Assembly: GCA_963837955.1 (NCBI GenBank) | Contig: CAWIPH010000002.1 | Location: 1,824,001-1,888,000 of the forward strand | Length of the DNA: 64,000 nt | Source: an uncultured Verrucomicrobiae bacterium | Lineage (GTDB): Bacteria > Verrucomicrobiota > Verrucomicrobiia > Chthoniobacterales > JAFAMB01 | Direction: 5' to 3' | Position numbers and translations under genes: made by a program | The notes under the pieces: model-generated | Told to the model about the DNA's origin: nothing | Databases searched by the model: none | Seen by the model: only the letters and a program-made list of their open reading frames with translations | Part shown: positions 19,244 through 29,208 of the stretch, in pieces | Position numbering within the stretch: position 1 is the stretch's first letter | Layout: the number at the start of each line of letters is the position of its first letter

Positions 19244-19660
19244 ATGAAAATTAAACCACGTTGGATTAGTCTACTTTCTGGTATTTGTGCGCTCGCTCTT
19301 GTTGCTGGACGCGCTAACGCGAGCCAAGAGTCCGGCGATACTTCCGGATCAAGTCAGGATGACCAAGTCTATGAACGGTTCGTTGACATAGCAAACCGAT
19401 CAAATATCGACTTACGAAGTCATGGGAGCTATACCAAGCAATATGTAGTGGAGCGCGCGCACCTTTTTTGTGACTTAATGCAATCCCAAGACATTACTAA
19501 ACTAACAAGCGAAATTAGCTTCCCTCCTGTGCGTAATTGGTCAGAAACCACGAAAGATAGGTCTAGACTCGAGGCAGCAATCCTCATGGCGGGAACGCCG
19601 ATATATTGCCCAGACCTATCACCAACGGCTGATCAATGGCTTCGAACCTACATGAGATGA
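19244..19660 (+). CDS. Secreted hypothetical protein, DUF732-like two-Cys domain
   Basis: Signal peptide MKIKPRWISLLSGICALALVAGRANA; AHLFC...AGTPIYCP pattern. Confidence 0.6.
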   Translation: MKIKPRWISLLSGICALALVAGRANASQESGDTSGSSQDDQVYERFVDIANRSNIDLRSHGSYTKQYVVERAHLFCDLMQSQDITKLTSEISFPPVRNWSETTKDRSRLEAAILMAGTPIYCPDLSPTADQWLRTYMR

Positions 19661-19894
19661 GATTTTTGAATACGGTTTGCAAAAGGTAGAGGCGCCGAGT
19701 TGTCTGCGGATCAGCACACCGATATGCTCCTTTAGTAGACGATCCTTAACGGGGTAATAATTACATCCAGGCGGGGTGTTTCAATGCGCGGGACGAAACC
19801 GTCGTTTCCCGGTCATGGCGAGTTCCTGCACTCCCACCTGTTGATCATAAATTTGGTGGCTCGGCGGTGGAGATCTAAAAGCCAAGGACCGTAC

Positions 19895-20708
19895 ATGAAA
19901 AGCAGTCAATCGGAGAAACACTCTAAGGAATTGTACGTCGTAGTCTCGGCAGCTCTGGGCGCAGGCTTTTCGAGTATAATCTTCTTGTGGTTGACGTGGT
20001 CACTTGCAAAGGGAGTTTTTGATTGGCTCCACTTTGTGCTGGTCGTTTTGGTGATGTATGTGGCGTCGCGGAGTTTCTTCGACCCGTTACAAGAACTGCT
20101 GACAAAGCCCTTCATCCGCGGCCACGAGGGCGATGAAAGAGCAGCTATCCGTCCGCGCTCGGTGCGTGCCCTTCTGTTGGGTATTGTCCTGTCCCTAGCT
20201 CTCGGGGAGCATGCGATCATTGATTTGCTGATGAAGAACCCCGGAAGCGTTCTGCTAGAGGTACTAAGCTCTTTTTTTGATAGTCGGGCTAGTAACGTTC
20301 ATTTGGATTCGGGGCGCTCGAGTGAAACCGCCTCGTGCTGCTTGGTGGAGCGCAGTGGGATTTGGACTGAGCAGCGAGGTGATCGCCGTGGGAGTATTTG
20401 CTTGGAGCATATTTCAACACGCAGTTCCCATTGACGTGGCAACCGTGAACGCATTCGCAGCATACTTTTTAAAGAATCTCGTGGCGGGTTTTCTAGCTGG
20501 ATGGGTACTCGACCTGGGATTAGGGATTTACCGGGGCACTGGTGCATGCCTCGGCTTACTGCTAGGCTTATTTCTCTTCGATGCTCTAGCCTTCGCACTC
20601 GGCGCGAATCCCCTTGAGGCTATGTTGTCCGAACTATTTTTGTCTTTTGGCTGGGCCCTCGGTTTGGTGATGTGCCGTTATTCGGATGAGGTTCTGGCGC
20701 GACGCTAG
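19895..20708 (+). pseudogene. Multi-pass membrane protein split by a frameshift at a T7 tract (20272-20278)
   Basis: Hydrophobic helices of ORF 19784..20434 continue in ORF 20277..20708 after ctttttttga. Confidence 0.6.
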
Positions 20709-20896
20709 AAACTTGCCTGAGTTCGCTTTTCGGGGAGCTTGGATTTCGCATCAATGATCCTCTCATTCACAACGTTTGCGGATCAGTGAGCGGATGCAGA
20801 ATCTCTCGCAGGAGAAAGCCTTGCCGGAAAATCGCCGGTCACACTCCGGAAGCATTCCGGAATGACCGTACAGAAATTAGCCAAAAGACTAATGCC

Positions 20897-20977
20897 CTAC
20901 TTCTTAAGATTGTTCCTGATCTTGAAGGATAGATACAGTAGGAACACAAATACCGCGATAATAACGATGGCGATCAT
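20897..20977 (-). CDS. Putative 26-aa single-pass membrane microprotein
   Basis: MIAIVIIAVFVFLLYLSFKIRNNLKK*: hydrophobic helix plus basic tail. Confidence 0.4.
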   Translation of the reverse strand: MIAIVIIAVFVFLLYLSFKIRNNLKK

Positions 20978-21254
20978 AGGACGATTGTATCTATAGATTC
21001 AGAATGTGTAGAGCAGTTAATCTAACTGTAGGGGAAATCACTTGCCGGCAGAGGGTGATGGTGCCGCTTCAGGATTGCCTCGGCATTCCTGCGAATACGA
21101 ATCTTCTCATTTAGAAGCCGTCAATAGGGCTAGGAAGGCGGCGAAGGTATGCAATACGTCGAAATGCGTAGCGCCCAGCGGCGTAGCTTTCCTGAAGACC
21201 TCTTCGCGGTAAGAGAGGGTCGCGTAAGCAACGCACCGACCGCCGAACGGTTCA

Positions 21255-21390
21255 ACCTTTGCTCCTTCCTTCTGTTCAAAGAAAATCTCTGTGTTTTTGT
21301 GTTTCTTTTGCGGCTATTTCAGGGCCTCTGTTTTCTCTGTTAGCTTCTGTTCAATTCGAAAACGAGGACGACGACGAGCACGAGGACGAT
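21255..21390. repeat. Dispersed repeat (TAGCCGCAAAAGAACAC family, reverse orientation) plus a GACGA-rich tandem
   Basis: cctttgct...ttcaaagaaaatctctgtg...cttttgcggctattt matches 23980-24046 and 52963-53021; then acgaggacgacgacgagcacgaggacg. Confidence 0.75.
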
Positions 21391-21433
21391 TGTGGTTACA
21401 GTCGGCCCGCGTAGATGACTCGCGCTAGTCGTC

Positions 21434-22420
21434 TCAGCTCGGCATCCTGAAGAAACGTTTTCCCCGTTCCGGATGATTTGTAGTTTCATCAATTGCAGTC
21501 TCGAAATCTTCTAGAGGATGTAGCCCACCAACGGAAACTTTGAATTCCGCCCGCCCGGAGATTTCCGCGATCTCTCGCAGCAACTCCATGTCACCCTCTT
21601 CCGGCGGTGTGAAAAAGTAACGGTAGATAGATGACTTGATCGCGCTGCCCTTCATCAAGACGTCAAAGTTGTGCAGGTTAAATTTTTCTGGGCTGTAACC
21701 GCCGTACAAGACTATCTGCCCGCCAACGGCGCTGCTTCTGATAAGTTCGCCCACGAGAGGTCCGCCCACGCAGTCGATGACGCCGTTAACCCCCTCGTTC
21801 TGTGTGATTTCCATGATCCGCTGACCGACGGGTTTGGAGAGGCTCGAGAGTTCGATCACTTCAGATGCTCCCCGGGCTTTCAAGTCCAAAGCTTTTTGGG
21901 CTCGTCTCACGATGGAGATGACATTGATGCTTTTGAGCTTTGCGAACTGCGAGACCATCGTTGCAACGGTTGAGTTGCCAGCTGTGAGCGCCAGCCATTG
22001 ACCTGCCCGGACTCGAGACTCGTTGAGCAAATCCCAGGCAGTGATTGGGTTTACGAATTGAGCGGCTTTTTCAATCGGATAGTCCGATGGAAGCGGGATT
22101 AGCCATTCGGCGGGTACCGCGGCATATTCCGCCCAAGTGTTGTAATGGCTGAAAGCGACCTGAGTCCCTGGCTTGAATGGGACTTCGTTACCGACTTTCG
22201 TGATGATGCCCGCGCCATGGTTTCCAGCGATCTGTTGCGGAAAATGAGGCTTTTTCGGTTCCGGATAGAGGTTCTGAATAAAGAGAAAATCCCCGGGATT
22301 AATTGAAGCCGCAGTCATCTTGACCAGCACTTCTTTATCTCCGATCTCCGGAATCGGAACATCGCGAATCTGCAGAACTTCCAAAGGGGAGCCAATTTTG
22401 TCGAAGACGATTGCTTTCAT
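21434..22420 (-). CDS. Zn-independent MDR oxidoreductase (NADPH:quinone reductase / enoyl-thioester reductase-like)
   Basis: AASINPGD, GNHGAG, VNPITAW, TAGNSTVA, DCVGG. Confidence 0.85.
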   Translation of the reverse strand: MKAIVFDKIGSPLEVLQIRDVPIPEIGDKEVLVKMTAASINPGDFLFIQNLYPEPKKPHFPQQIAGNHGAGIITKVGNEVPFKPGTQVAFSHYNTWAEYAAVPAEWLIPLPSDYPIEKAAQFVNPITAWDLLNESRVRAGQWLALTAGNSTVATMVSQFAKLKSINVISIVRRAQKALDLKARGASEVIELSSLSKPVGQRIMEITQNEGVNGVIDCVGGPLVGELIRSSAVGGQIVLYGGYSPEKFNLHNFDVLMKGSAIKSSIYRYFFTPPEEGDMELLREIAEISGRAEFKVSVGGLHPLEDFETAIDETTNHPERGKRFFRMPS

Positions 22421-22521
22421 ATCAATTACCGACGGTGAACCGGCTCAGATCTCATCGAAAGGTGGCACTTCTGACAAATGCTATGCGAAAAGGGACACGT
22501 AGGCGTCCCGATCGTAATGGC

Positions 22522-22699
22522 GTAGCCTGATCCTCCGGCTCAGGAACCCAGAGCTGCCGCGATAGGTGAGAGGTGAGATGTGATCGGTGAAGGGCGGAGC
22601 CTATCGTTAAAAATCCTGGACAGGAATCTCCCACCGCGTCTCACTAATCACAGTTCACTGATGACTAACACGCACCCTGAGGCTGGAGCATCAGGCTAC
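22522..22699. repeat. Inverted pair of GTAG-type REP palindromes (REPIN-like)
   Basis: GTAGCCTGATCCTCCGGCTCAGG 22522-22544 and CCTGAGGCTGGAGCATCAGGCTAC 22676-22699, with GGTGAGA/TCACTAA heptamers between. Confidence 0.8.
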
Positions 22700-22755
22700 G
22701 GCTTCAGCTACGTTGTGATTGGCAATTCTAACCAGGTGTATGCTAAAATGGCCGC

Positions 22756-23703
22756 GTGCACGTGGTGGTCTATCTCCCGTCCGCTTTTTACTCCGCCATC
22801 GCATCGACCGTCGTGGAAACGCTGCAAGCGGTAAACGATGTCCATGGCTCACAGCTTTTTTCATTCGAGTTTGTGGCCAAACATTCGAGAGCCGTTTCCA
22901 AGTCGGGGATTTCTTTTCCAGCCAAGATTCGTCCTTCTAAAAAAATGGACGTACTGATCCTTCTGGCAGGGTTGCGCCCAGAGGTTTCTGAAACCCTTCG
23001 ACTGTTGGATGAAGAGAGCAAGCATACGGAGCCCTTGATTAAGCTGGCCCAACGGCAGGGAGCGGTTATCGCCTCGACCTGCGGAGCCGCGTATCTGCTC
23101 GCGGCTTCTGGCCTCTTGGATGGAAAACGTTCAACCATCTCATGGTGGTTGAAAAAAGAAGCCAGCCGTCGATTTCCGCAGGTCCGGTGGGAGCCTTCCC
23201 GGCTGATCGTTCGGCAAGGGCGGGTTTACACTTCCGGAGCGGCATTCTCCGGTCTTGAACTCATTACAACTTTGCTGATTGACCTGGGCTTTGCCAAAGA
23301 GGAACGCCAAGTCCGGAAGCTGATGGTTCTGCCTCCATCTCGTGAATTTCAAAGCCCCTACGAGATGCCAATTCCGGAAGAGATTGATGTTTTCGAAAAG
23401 AAACTGAATGCGCTTTCCAAGGAGAATTTGCAGCACCTCAATATTGAGTTTCTGGCCCAACGGCTCGGTATGTCACCCAGAACATTGTCCCGAAGATTCT
23501 TTGATGAACTCCAAACCAGTCCTGGGAAATGGATTCAAGAAAAGCGATTAGCTACGGCACGAACGTTACTCGAGGTGACGAAACTCAGTGTTTCCGAAGT
23601 CTGTTATCGAGTGGGTTATCAAGATCTCGCTTCATTCAGCCGGCTTTTCGCCAAAACGACCGGGATGCGGCCCGGAGAATTTCGAAAGCAGATTCAACGG
23701 TAG
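22756..23703 (+). CDS. GlxA-family transcriptional regulator (DJ-1/PfpI + AraC HTH)
   Basis: IASTCGAAYLLAASGLLDGK; C-terminal AraC motifs MSPRTLSRRF and VGYQDLASFSRLF...PGEFRK; divergent from the oxidoreductase. Confidence 0.9.
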   Translation: MHVVVYLPSAFYSAIASTVVETLQAVNDVHGSQLFSFEFVAKHSRAVSKSGISFPAKIRPSKKMDVLILLAGLRPEVSETLRLLDEESKHTEPLIKLAQRQGAVIASTCGAAYLLAASGLLDGKRSTISWWLKKEASRRFPQVRWEPSRLIVRQGRVYTSGAAFSGLELITTLLIDLGFAKEERQVRKLMVLPPSREFQSPYEMPIPEEIDVFEKKLNALSKENLQHLNIEFLAQRLGMSPRTLSRRFFDELQTSPGKWIQEKRLATARTLLEVTKLSVSEVCYRVGYQDLASFSRLFAKTTGMRPGEFRKQIQR

Positions 23704-23725
23704 TTCGGTCCCAACCGAACGCAAT

Positions 23726-24046
23726 GAAATAGCCGCAAAAGAACACAAAGAGCACAGAGATTTTCTTTAAACAGAAGGTAGCAAAGGAAGCAAAGGGGGA
23801 CTTCCTTTTCAAGTTTCACACAAGATCGCAAAGAGACCTTGCTAACTTTGCTTCTTTCTGTTCGTGAAGAGACCTTTGTGCTCTTCGCGTTTCTTTGTGG
23901 TTATCCCGGAGTTGCTTTGTAGAGCGCCAAAGGCCGATCGATCGAATTGGAAACACCGTTGGCGATCCGAAATGACCCCACCTTTGCTTCTTTGCCTTCA
24001 GTTCAAAGAGAATCTCTGTGTTCTTTGTATTCTTTTGCGGCTATTT
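23726..24046. repeat. ~320-bp element with long imperfect terminal inverted repeats (MITE-like) between convergent genes
   Basis: aaatagccgcaaaagaacacaaagagcacagagattttctttaaacagaagg at the left end is the reverse complement of ccttcagttcaaagagaatctctgtgttctttgtattcttttgcggctattt at the right end. Confidence 0.8.
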
Positions 24047-24077
24047 GGTTGCGCCCATCGGCAGAATCGAGCGTCAG

Positions 24078-25115
24078 TTAACCCTTCTTTGATCGCGATC
24101 GTACCGCGCTAGATTTTGGCGGCGGTAAAGCTGTCTGCCCTGGATCGAAACAATCTAACATGTCGTCAACCGTATCCAGGCGCGGGTTGATTGACTCGAT
24201 TCCCAGGAGGGTCTGGACGAACTTAACCAGGCTGATATGCGAACGAAGAGTGTGCGATATGTTGCCGGGCTTGGCGTATGGACTGATCACGAGGCAGGGC
24301 ACGCGAGAGCCGTACCGAAATTGTTGTCCGTTAAATGCGGGAAAGGCGTCGGCTGGGCGCTGAGCCTTTTTGCTGTCCCACTTCTCCACATTCGGCGGTT
24401 CTACGTGATCGAACCAGCCGCCCCAGTCATCCCATGTCACGAAAATGGCCGTCCGACCCCAAAGTCCGCCTTGCACAATCGCCTGAATTTGGTCAACAGT
24501 CCATTGCATGCCGTCAGTGACGTTTTGCGGTGGGTGTTCGCTCCGTGACGGTCTACCCTCGCCGTAAAGCCAGGTAACGGCCGGCAGCTGTCCGGCAGAT
24601 GCGTGCTGGACAAAGAGATCCGATCCGTAGTTCGAACGATGCCCGGCGAGTTCTTTGATGTAGTGAAATGCGTAACCCCCATAATTGGCCCAGGTCATGC
24701 CTGCCTTCTCCAATGCTAGCGGGAGTGAACGCAGGTCATAACTGTCTTTCGGCGACGGACGATAATGATTGTGAGGGTTATTGATAACCGGCGCATCCGC
24801 GCAGATGAGCATCAAGTGGTTGGGCGTCGAAGGTCCGGCAACTTCGGAGAAGTAGTTGTCACACAGCGTGTACTGCCTCGCGAGCGCGAAATAAGCAGGG
24901 ATATCCTTCTCGGAGTACTGTACTCGGTACCTCGTCTCGTTGGCCCGCTGTTCCCATGCTTCATGTCGATGGTCCGGATCGCCGGGAGGCGGGTTTTGGG
25001 CGGCAGCAAGCTGGGCGCCGTTCGCGCCAGGGAAAGTCCCGAAATAGTTGTCGAAGGTATGATTTTCCTTAACAATAATTACCACGTGATCGATTCGACT
25101 GGTGAGTTCAGTCAT
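24078..25115 (-). CDS. Phosphoesterase (phospholipase C / acid phosphatase AcpA family)
   Basis: IDHVVIIVKENHTFDNYFG, DNYF..GPSTPNH, SEHP, TWDDWGGWFDHV, GSRVP..ISPYAK; start moved to MTELTS because the upstream extension runs through repeats. Confidence 0.88.
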   Translation of the reverse strand: MTELTSRIDHVVIIVKENHTFDNYFGTFPGANGAQLAAAQNPPPGDPDHRHEAWEQRANETRYRVQYSEKDIPAYFALARQYTLCDNYFSEVAGPSTPNHLMLICADAPVINNPHNHYRPSPKDSYDLRSLPLALEKAGMTWANYGGYAFHYIKELAGHRSNYGSDLFVQHASAGQLPAVTWLYGEGRPSRSEHPPQNVTDGMQWTVDQIQAIVQGGLWGRTAIFVTWDDWGGWFDHVEPPNVEKWDSKKAQRPADAFPAFNGQQFRYGSRVPCLVISPYAKPGNISHTLRSHISLVKFVQTLLGIESINPRLDTVDDMLDCFDPGQTALPPPKSSAVRSRSKKG

Positions 25116-25229
25116 CGTTTTGATCTTTGCTCGGTCGCTCGAGATTTGTTTGCTTAGCCATAATGTATGGAGGTGGAACGTTTGAAAAGTCGAACAGTTT
25201 AGCGGCTGAGCGGCGAGCAGCAACAAGCT

Positions 25230-25433
25230 ACTGATGATTAGTGATTGGTGATTAGTGAAAGGAACGGCGAATAGGATGGCCAGAGATTTCTGCCGAGGTT
25301 TTTTGCCGATAGGCTCCGCCATTCACCGATCACCAATCACTTCTCACCAATCACCAGTAGCTTCCTGAGCCAGGCTTGTCCGCCGTAGTTTGTGGGTTGC
25401 GCGGGCGGAACGAAGGAGGAAGGATCAGGCTAC
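25230..25433. repeat. Heptamer tandems (GTGATTG/TCACCAA) followed by a REP palindrome interrupted by an insertion
   Basis: cctgagccagg[46-nt insert]aggatcaggctac 25364-25433 versus the intact cctgagccaggaggatcaggctac at 26146. Confidence 0.7.
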
Positions 25434-25501
25434 CAATCGACTTCGTGAAAATATTCCGTGGTTCTCGGGAATAAATCGGGGATCCAATCGTTTGGAATCA
25501 T

Positions 25502-25729
25502 ATGAACATGCTTGCATTTGGCTTCGGGAATTTGGCTGGTCCTGATCTGATAATCATTCTAGCCATCGTGCTTATCCTCTTCGGAGCAAAAAAGTTACCT
25601 GACTTGGCGCGGGGACTCGGTCAGAGCATGAATGAGTTCAGAAAAGGGCGGGAAGATTCGGAACGAGACGCGCATGGTGCTGGTGCTCAACCGCAGCCCA
25701 AGCCAGTGGATGCGAGCAAGGAAAACTGA
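25502..25729 (+). CDS. tatA: Twin-arginine translocase TatA/TatE subunit
   Basis: IILAIVLILFGAKKLPDLARGLGQSMNEFRK. Confidence 0.93.
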   Translation: MNMLAFGFGNLAGPDLIIILAIVLILFGAKKLPDLARGLGQSMNEFRKGREDSERDAHGAGAQPQPKPVDASKEN

Positions 25730-26009
25730 TTGTTGGGAGCCCTTGCTGACGTTCCCCCAGATGGATCTCTGGTGGGATAGTGACTAAGACCGCAACGAAG
25801 CGATGAGTCCAACGTAGAGAGCCAACACCAAGGCGCTCGTTACCGAAAACTCAAACAAATCGCCGGATAACCTTCGCGGTCTGTGCCAGCGTTCCGCTGA
25901 TCTTCCTGCGAAAACGTGACGGAACAAATGGCGCGCACCCATAAAAAATTGGCTTTCTAATTATATTGACTGTGCGCGGGACGTAATTATTCCCACAATC
26001 GTTACAACT

Positions 26010-26169
26010 GTAGCCTGATGCTTCAGCCTCAGGGTGGGTGGCTGTGAAAGTATGGATGAACGGTGAACCCCTACAGGGCAAATCCCGTCAAAATCTTCGC
26101 AACCCTGGCGTTAATCACTTCTCACCTCTCACTTCAGCCTGGGTCCCTGAGCCAGGAGGATCAGGCTAC
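26010..26169. repeat. Inverted pair of GTAG-type REP palindromes (REPIN-like), inverted homologue of 22522-22699
   Basis: GTAGCCTGATGCTTCAGCCTCAGG 26010-26033 and CCTGAGCCAGGAGGATCAGGCTAC 26146-26169. Confidence 0.8.
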
Positions 26170-26388
26170 TCCCGCGCCATTCGCGGTTCACACTTGGCTA
26201 CCGTTCGGGGCAAAGAGCGGGCTTTCGAGGCGTGATAGCTTTTCTCTGCAAGCTACCGAATCGCGGCCGTCATCTCTATGATAGATGAACTAGGCGACGA
26301 TCGGTCATGAAAACGATGCAAAATGGCTCGTCAGGCTTGCACCCGTTGGGTAAAATCCTAACCTCAAGAGACTTGGAGCACAGTTTGC

Positions 26389-29208
26389 GTGCTTCCCCCG
26401 ATGCCGGAACCATTCGAGTTTGAGCACTACCAGCTTCTGCGAAATGAAGATGGATCTCTCGTCGAACTCGGACGAGGTGCGATGGGGATTACCTATAAGG
26501 CTTTCGACACGAGCCTGCGCTGCAATGTCGCGCTGAAGGTAATCACCGGAACTCTGCTGGAGGATGCAACCGCTGGCGAACGTTTCCTCCGGGAGGCGCG
26601 TAGCGCTGCCCAGTTGCGACACCGGAACGTCGCTTCGGTATTCCATCTCGGTAAACACGGCACCGGCTATTTTTACTCAATGGAGTTTATTGACGGGGAA
26701 ACCGTTGCTGCCCGTGTGAAACGCGATGGACCGCTCGACTGTCTCTTTTCCCTCGATATCGCTCAGCAGGTAGCCTCCGCTTTAATCGCTGCGGAAAAAC
26801 AGCACCTTGTTCATCGGGACATCAAACCGTCGAACCTGATGCTGGTTCGTGAGGGGGACGGTGAGATCTCGGTTAAAGTAATCGACTTCGGTCTCGCCAA
26901 ATCTGTAGTCAGGCAGTCGACAGGGGCCGGAGCCCTGACTATGAGCGGGTTCGTGGGTACACCGTATTTTGCCAGTCCGGAGCAGCTGGACCGGCAAGAC
27001 GAAGATATTCGATCGGACATTTATTCTCTTGGGATCACGCTCTGGTTCATGCTCACTGGCAAACCAACATTTATCGGTTCGATGGCCAGCGTGATCGCGC
27101 AGCATCTGGATCGAGCGCCGCCGTTCGACTCGCTGGCTATCCTTCCCGCAGAAATCGTTTCCGTGCTGCGGCGGATGTTGGAAAAAGATCGAGCGCGCCG
27201 TATTCAAACGGCAGCAGAATTGCGCTCTGAACTCAGATCCTGCGCCGAACGACTCCGCGGTCAGCAAGCGCCGGAAAAGTTGCCAAGGCCGGGTGACTGG
27301 AACTTCGAGACGATTGAGCTAACTAGCACCCACGCGTCCAGTTTGTTGCCACCGGCGGGTGCGTTACTAAAAGAGCGATACCGTTTGCTGGAAGATCTCG
27401 ATCCGGGGAATCCGGGACACAGCTACCACGGCGAGGACGTCAAGACCAGAACGCGCGTTGCTATCCGTGTTTTTCAGCTTGAACCGGAAATTCTCACGCA
27501 GATTGAAGAGGAAGCAAAACGTATCCAAGGCACTTCTAATCCGAACTTTCTCAAACTTCTCACTATCGAACGAGAAAGATCTTTCAGTTTCGCTGTGCTG
27601 GAATGGTTGGAAGGCTTTCCTCTGGTCGACCTGCTGCGGGCTCGCCGCGCGCTCACCTTGCGGGAAACGTGCATGCTGCTCAAACAAATCGCTCCTGCAG
27701 TCGACGAGGCGGTCGCGTTGAATCTTAATCTGGAAATGAATCTGCGCGATATTCTGGTTCATTTTCCGGAAGGCTTCGGAGAACCGGTAGCGGACATTGT
27801 CCTGCGATGTCCACTCGACGAGTGGCCGCCGTTCGTGGTGAAACTTGATGCTCTCGGGGACTTGAATGAACTCGAGGAATCCGCCACGCACGCAGGCGAA
27901 CAGACAGTCGGCAGCAGTCTGCAGGGACAGCAGGCAGTGATTCGACTCGGCATCCTTGTCTACGAGCTTCTCGGTGGTAAGCCGGGAGGATTCGCGCCGC
28001 TGGCGAACACTTCGGAGGAGGGAAATCGTATCCTCCGGCAGGCGCTGACGCCCGGACGAAGCTTTGCCACTGCCCGTGAGTTCTACGACGCCCTGAGTGC
28101 AATCTCGGATACGAAGCCGGCGACAAGCGCGGGGATCCTTCGACCGCCCAAGCTTGAGCCATCGAAGCCAGCCGGTCCAGACTCGACCGTAGTTCCATCG
28201 GTTTTGGGAGAGTCGATCGCGAGGTCTCCGGTTGCGGCGATAACCCGAACGGTAGCGAAGAATCGTTTACCGGCACTGGTGGCTCTCCTGTTCTTGGGCC
28301 TTGCGGGCGCCGCTGGTCTTTTCTGGTTATTCCTATTCCGATCACCCGGCCCCAGCCCAGAGCTGCCGGTCGTCAAGCCTACCGCGACACAGAGCAATCC
28401 GCTGGTCGCTAGGCCGCCTCTGGTCGCTGGAAAGCCTTGGGCCAACAGTCTGGAGATGCAGTTCGTGCCGCTCGGCCAGGTTCATTTTGCGGTCTGGCAA
28501 ACCCGGGCGCGCGACTTCGAGGCATTTGTCCAAGCCACCGCATATGACGCGGTCGGAGGGATGTCATCGGTCGTTACTCAGAATGGATTCAAGGCGAATA
28601 CACTCAGCTGGAAGAATCCCGGGTTCGCTCAGACGTCCGATCACCCTGTGGTCGGTGTCAGCTGGGAAGATGCAAACCAGTTTTGCGAATGGCTCACCCG
28701 CAAGGAGCGGAGTGAGGGCCTTTTGCGGGCATTCCAGAGCTACCGGCTACCAACTGACTCTGAATGGAGCCAAGCGATCGGGTTAACGCGGGAGACAGGT
28801 GCGACGCCCGAAGAGCGCAGTGGCGGCATCAAAAACGTCTACCCATGGGGCAACGCCTTTCCGCCGCCGAATGACTTCGGTAACTACGCAGGCAGTGAGT
28901 CACGCGCCGATGCGCCGAATAACTGGACGATTATCGCCGGTTATCATGATGCCTTTCCCCGGACCGGGCCAGTCACAGCATTCAAACCCAACCAGCGCGG
29001 CCTATCGGCTTTGGGTGGCAATGTCTGGGAATGGTGTCAGGACAAATACCGAACTACGATGAACTGGCGGACGCTGCGCGGCGGTTCCTGGGCAACATCG
29101 CGGGCCGAAGAAACACTCTCTTCCTATCGACGCGGATACGATCCGTATTTTCGTAGTGACGAAGTTGGTTTCCGCTGCGTTATCTCCTCAGACGGAGCAC
29201 AACAATGA
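26389..29208 (+). CDS. Ser/Thr protein kinase + degenerate second kinase domain + TM + FGE-sulfatase (SUMF1) domain
   Basis: GRGAMG, VALK, HRDIKPSN, DFG, GTPYFASPE; second kinase-like region lacking HRD/DFG; TM; HPVVGVSWEDA, YRLPT..EW, GNVWEWC, GFRC. Confidence 0.9.
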   Translation: MLPPMPEPFEFEHYQLLRNEDGSLVELGRGAMGITYKAFDTSLRCNVALKVITGTLLEDATAGERFLREARSAAQLRHRNVASVFHLGKHGTGYFYSMEFIDGETVAARVKRDGPLDCLFSLDIAQQVASALIAAEKQHLVHRDIKPSNLMLVREGDGEISVKVIDFGLAKSVVRQSTGAGALTMSGFVGTPYFASPEQLDRQDEDIRSDIYSLGITLWFMLTGKPTFIGSMASVIAQHLDRAPPFDSLAILPAEIVSVLRRMLEKDRARRIQTAAELRSELRSCAERLRGQQAPEKLPRPGDWNFETIELTSTHASSLLPPAGALLKERYRLLEDLDPGNPGHSYHGEDVKTRTRVAIRVFQLEPEILTQIEEEAKRIQGTSNPNFLKLLTIERERSFSFAVLEWLEGFPLVDLLRARRALTLRETCMLLKQIAPAVDEAVALNLNLEMNLRDILVHFPEGFGEPVADIVLRCPLDEWPPFVVKLDALGDLNELEESATHAGEQTVGSSLQGQQAVIRLGILVYELLGGKPGGFAPLANTSEEGNRILRQALTPGRSFATAREFYDALSAISDTKPATSAGILRPPKLEPSKPAGPDSTVVPSVLGESIARSPVAAITRTVAKNRLPALVALLFLGLAGAAGLFWLFLFRSPGPSPELPVVKPTATQSNPLVARPPLVAGKPWANSLEMQFVPLGQVHFAVWQTRARDFEAFVQATAYDAVGGMSSVVTQNGFKANTLSWKNPGFAQTSDHPVVGVSWEDANQFCEWLTRKERSEGLLRAFQSYRLPTDSEWSQAIGLTRETGATPEERSGGIKNVYPWGNAFPPPNDFGNYAGSESRADAPNNWTIIAGYHDAFPRTGPVTAFKPNQRGLSALGGNVWEWCQDKYRTTMNWRTLRGGSWATSRAEETLSSYRRGYDPYFRSDEVGFRCVISSDGAQQ

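Noticed and set aside
25116..25322. N-terminal extension or signal peptide of the phosphoesterase
   Set aside because: It is translated heptamer repeat DNA (FTNHQSLII); the family domain starts right after MTELTS
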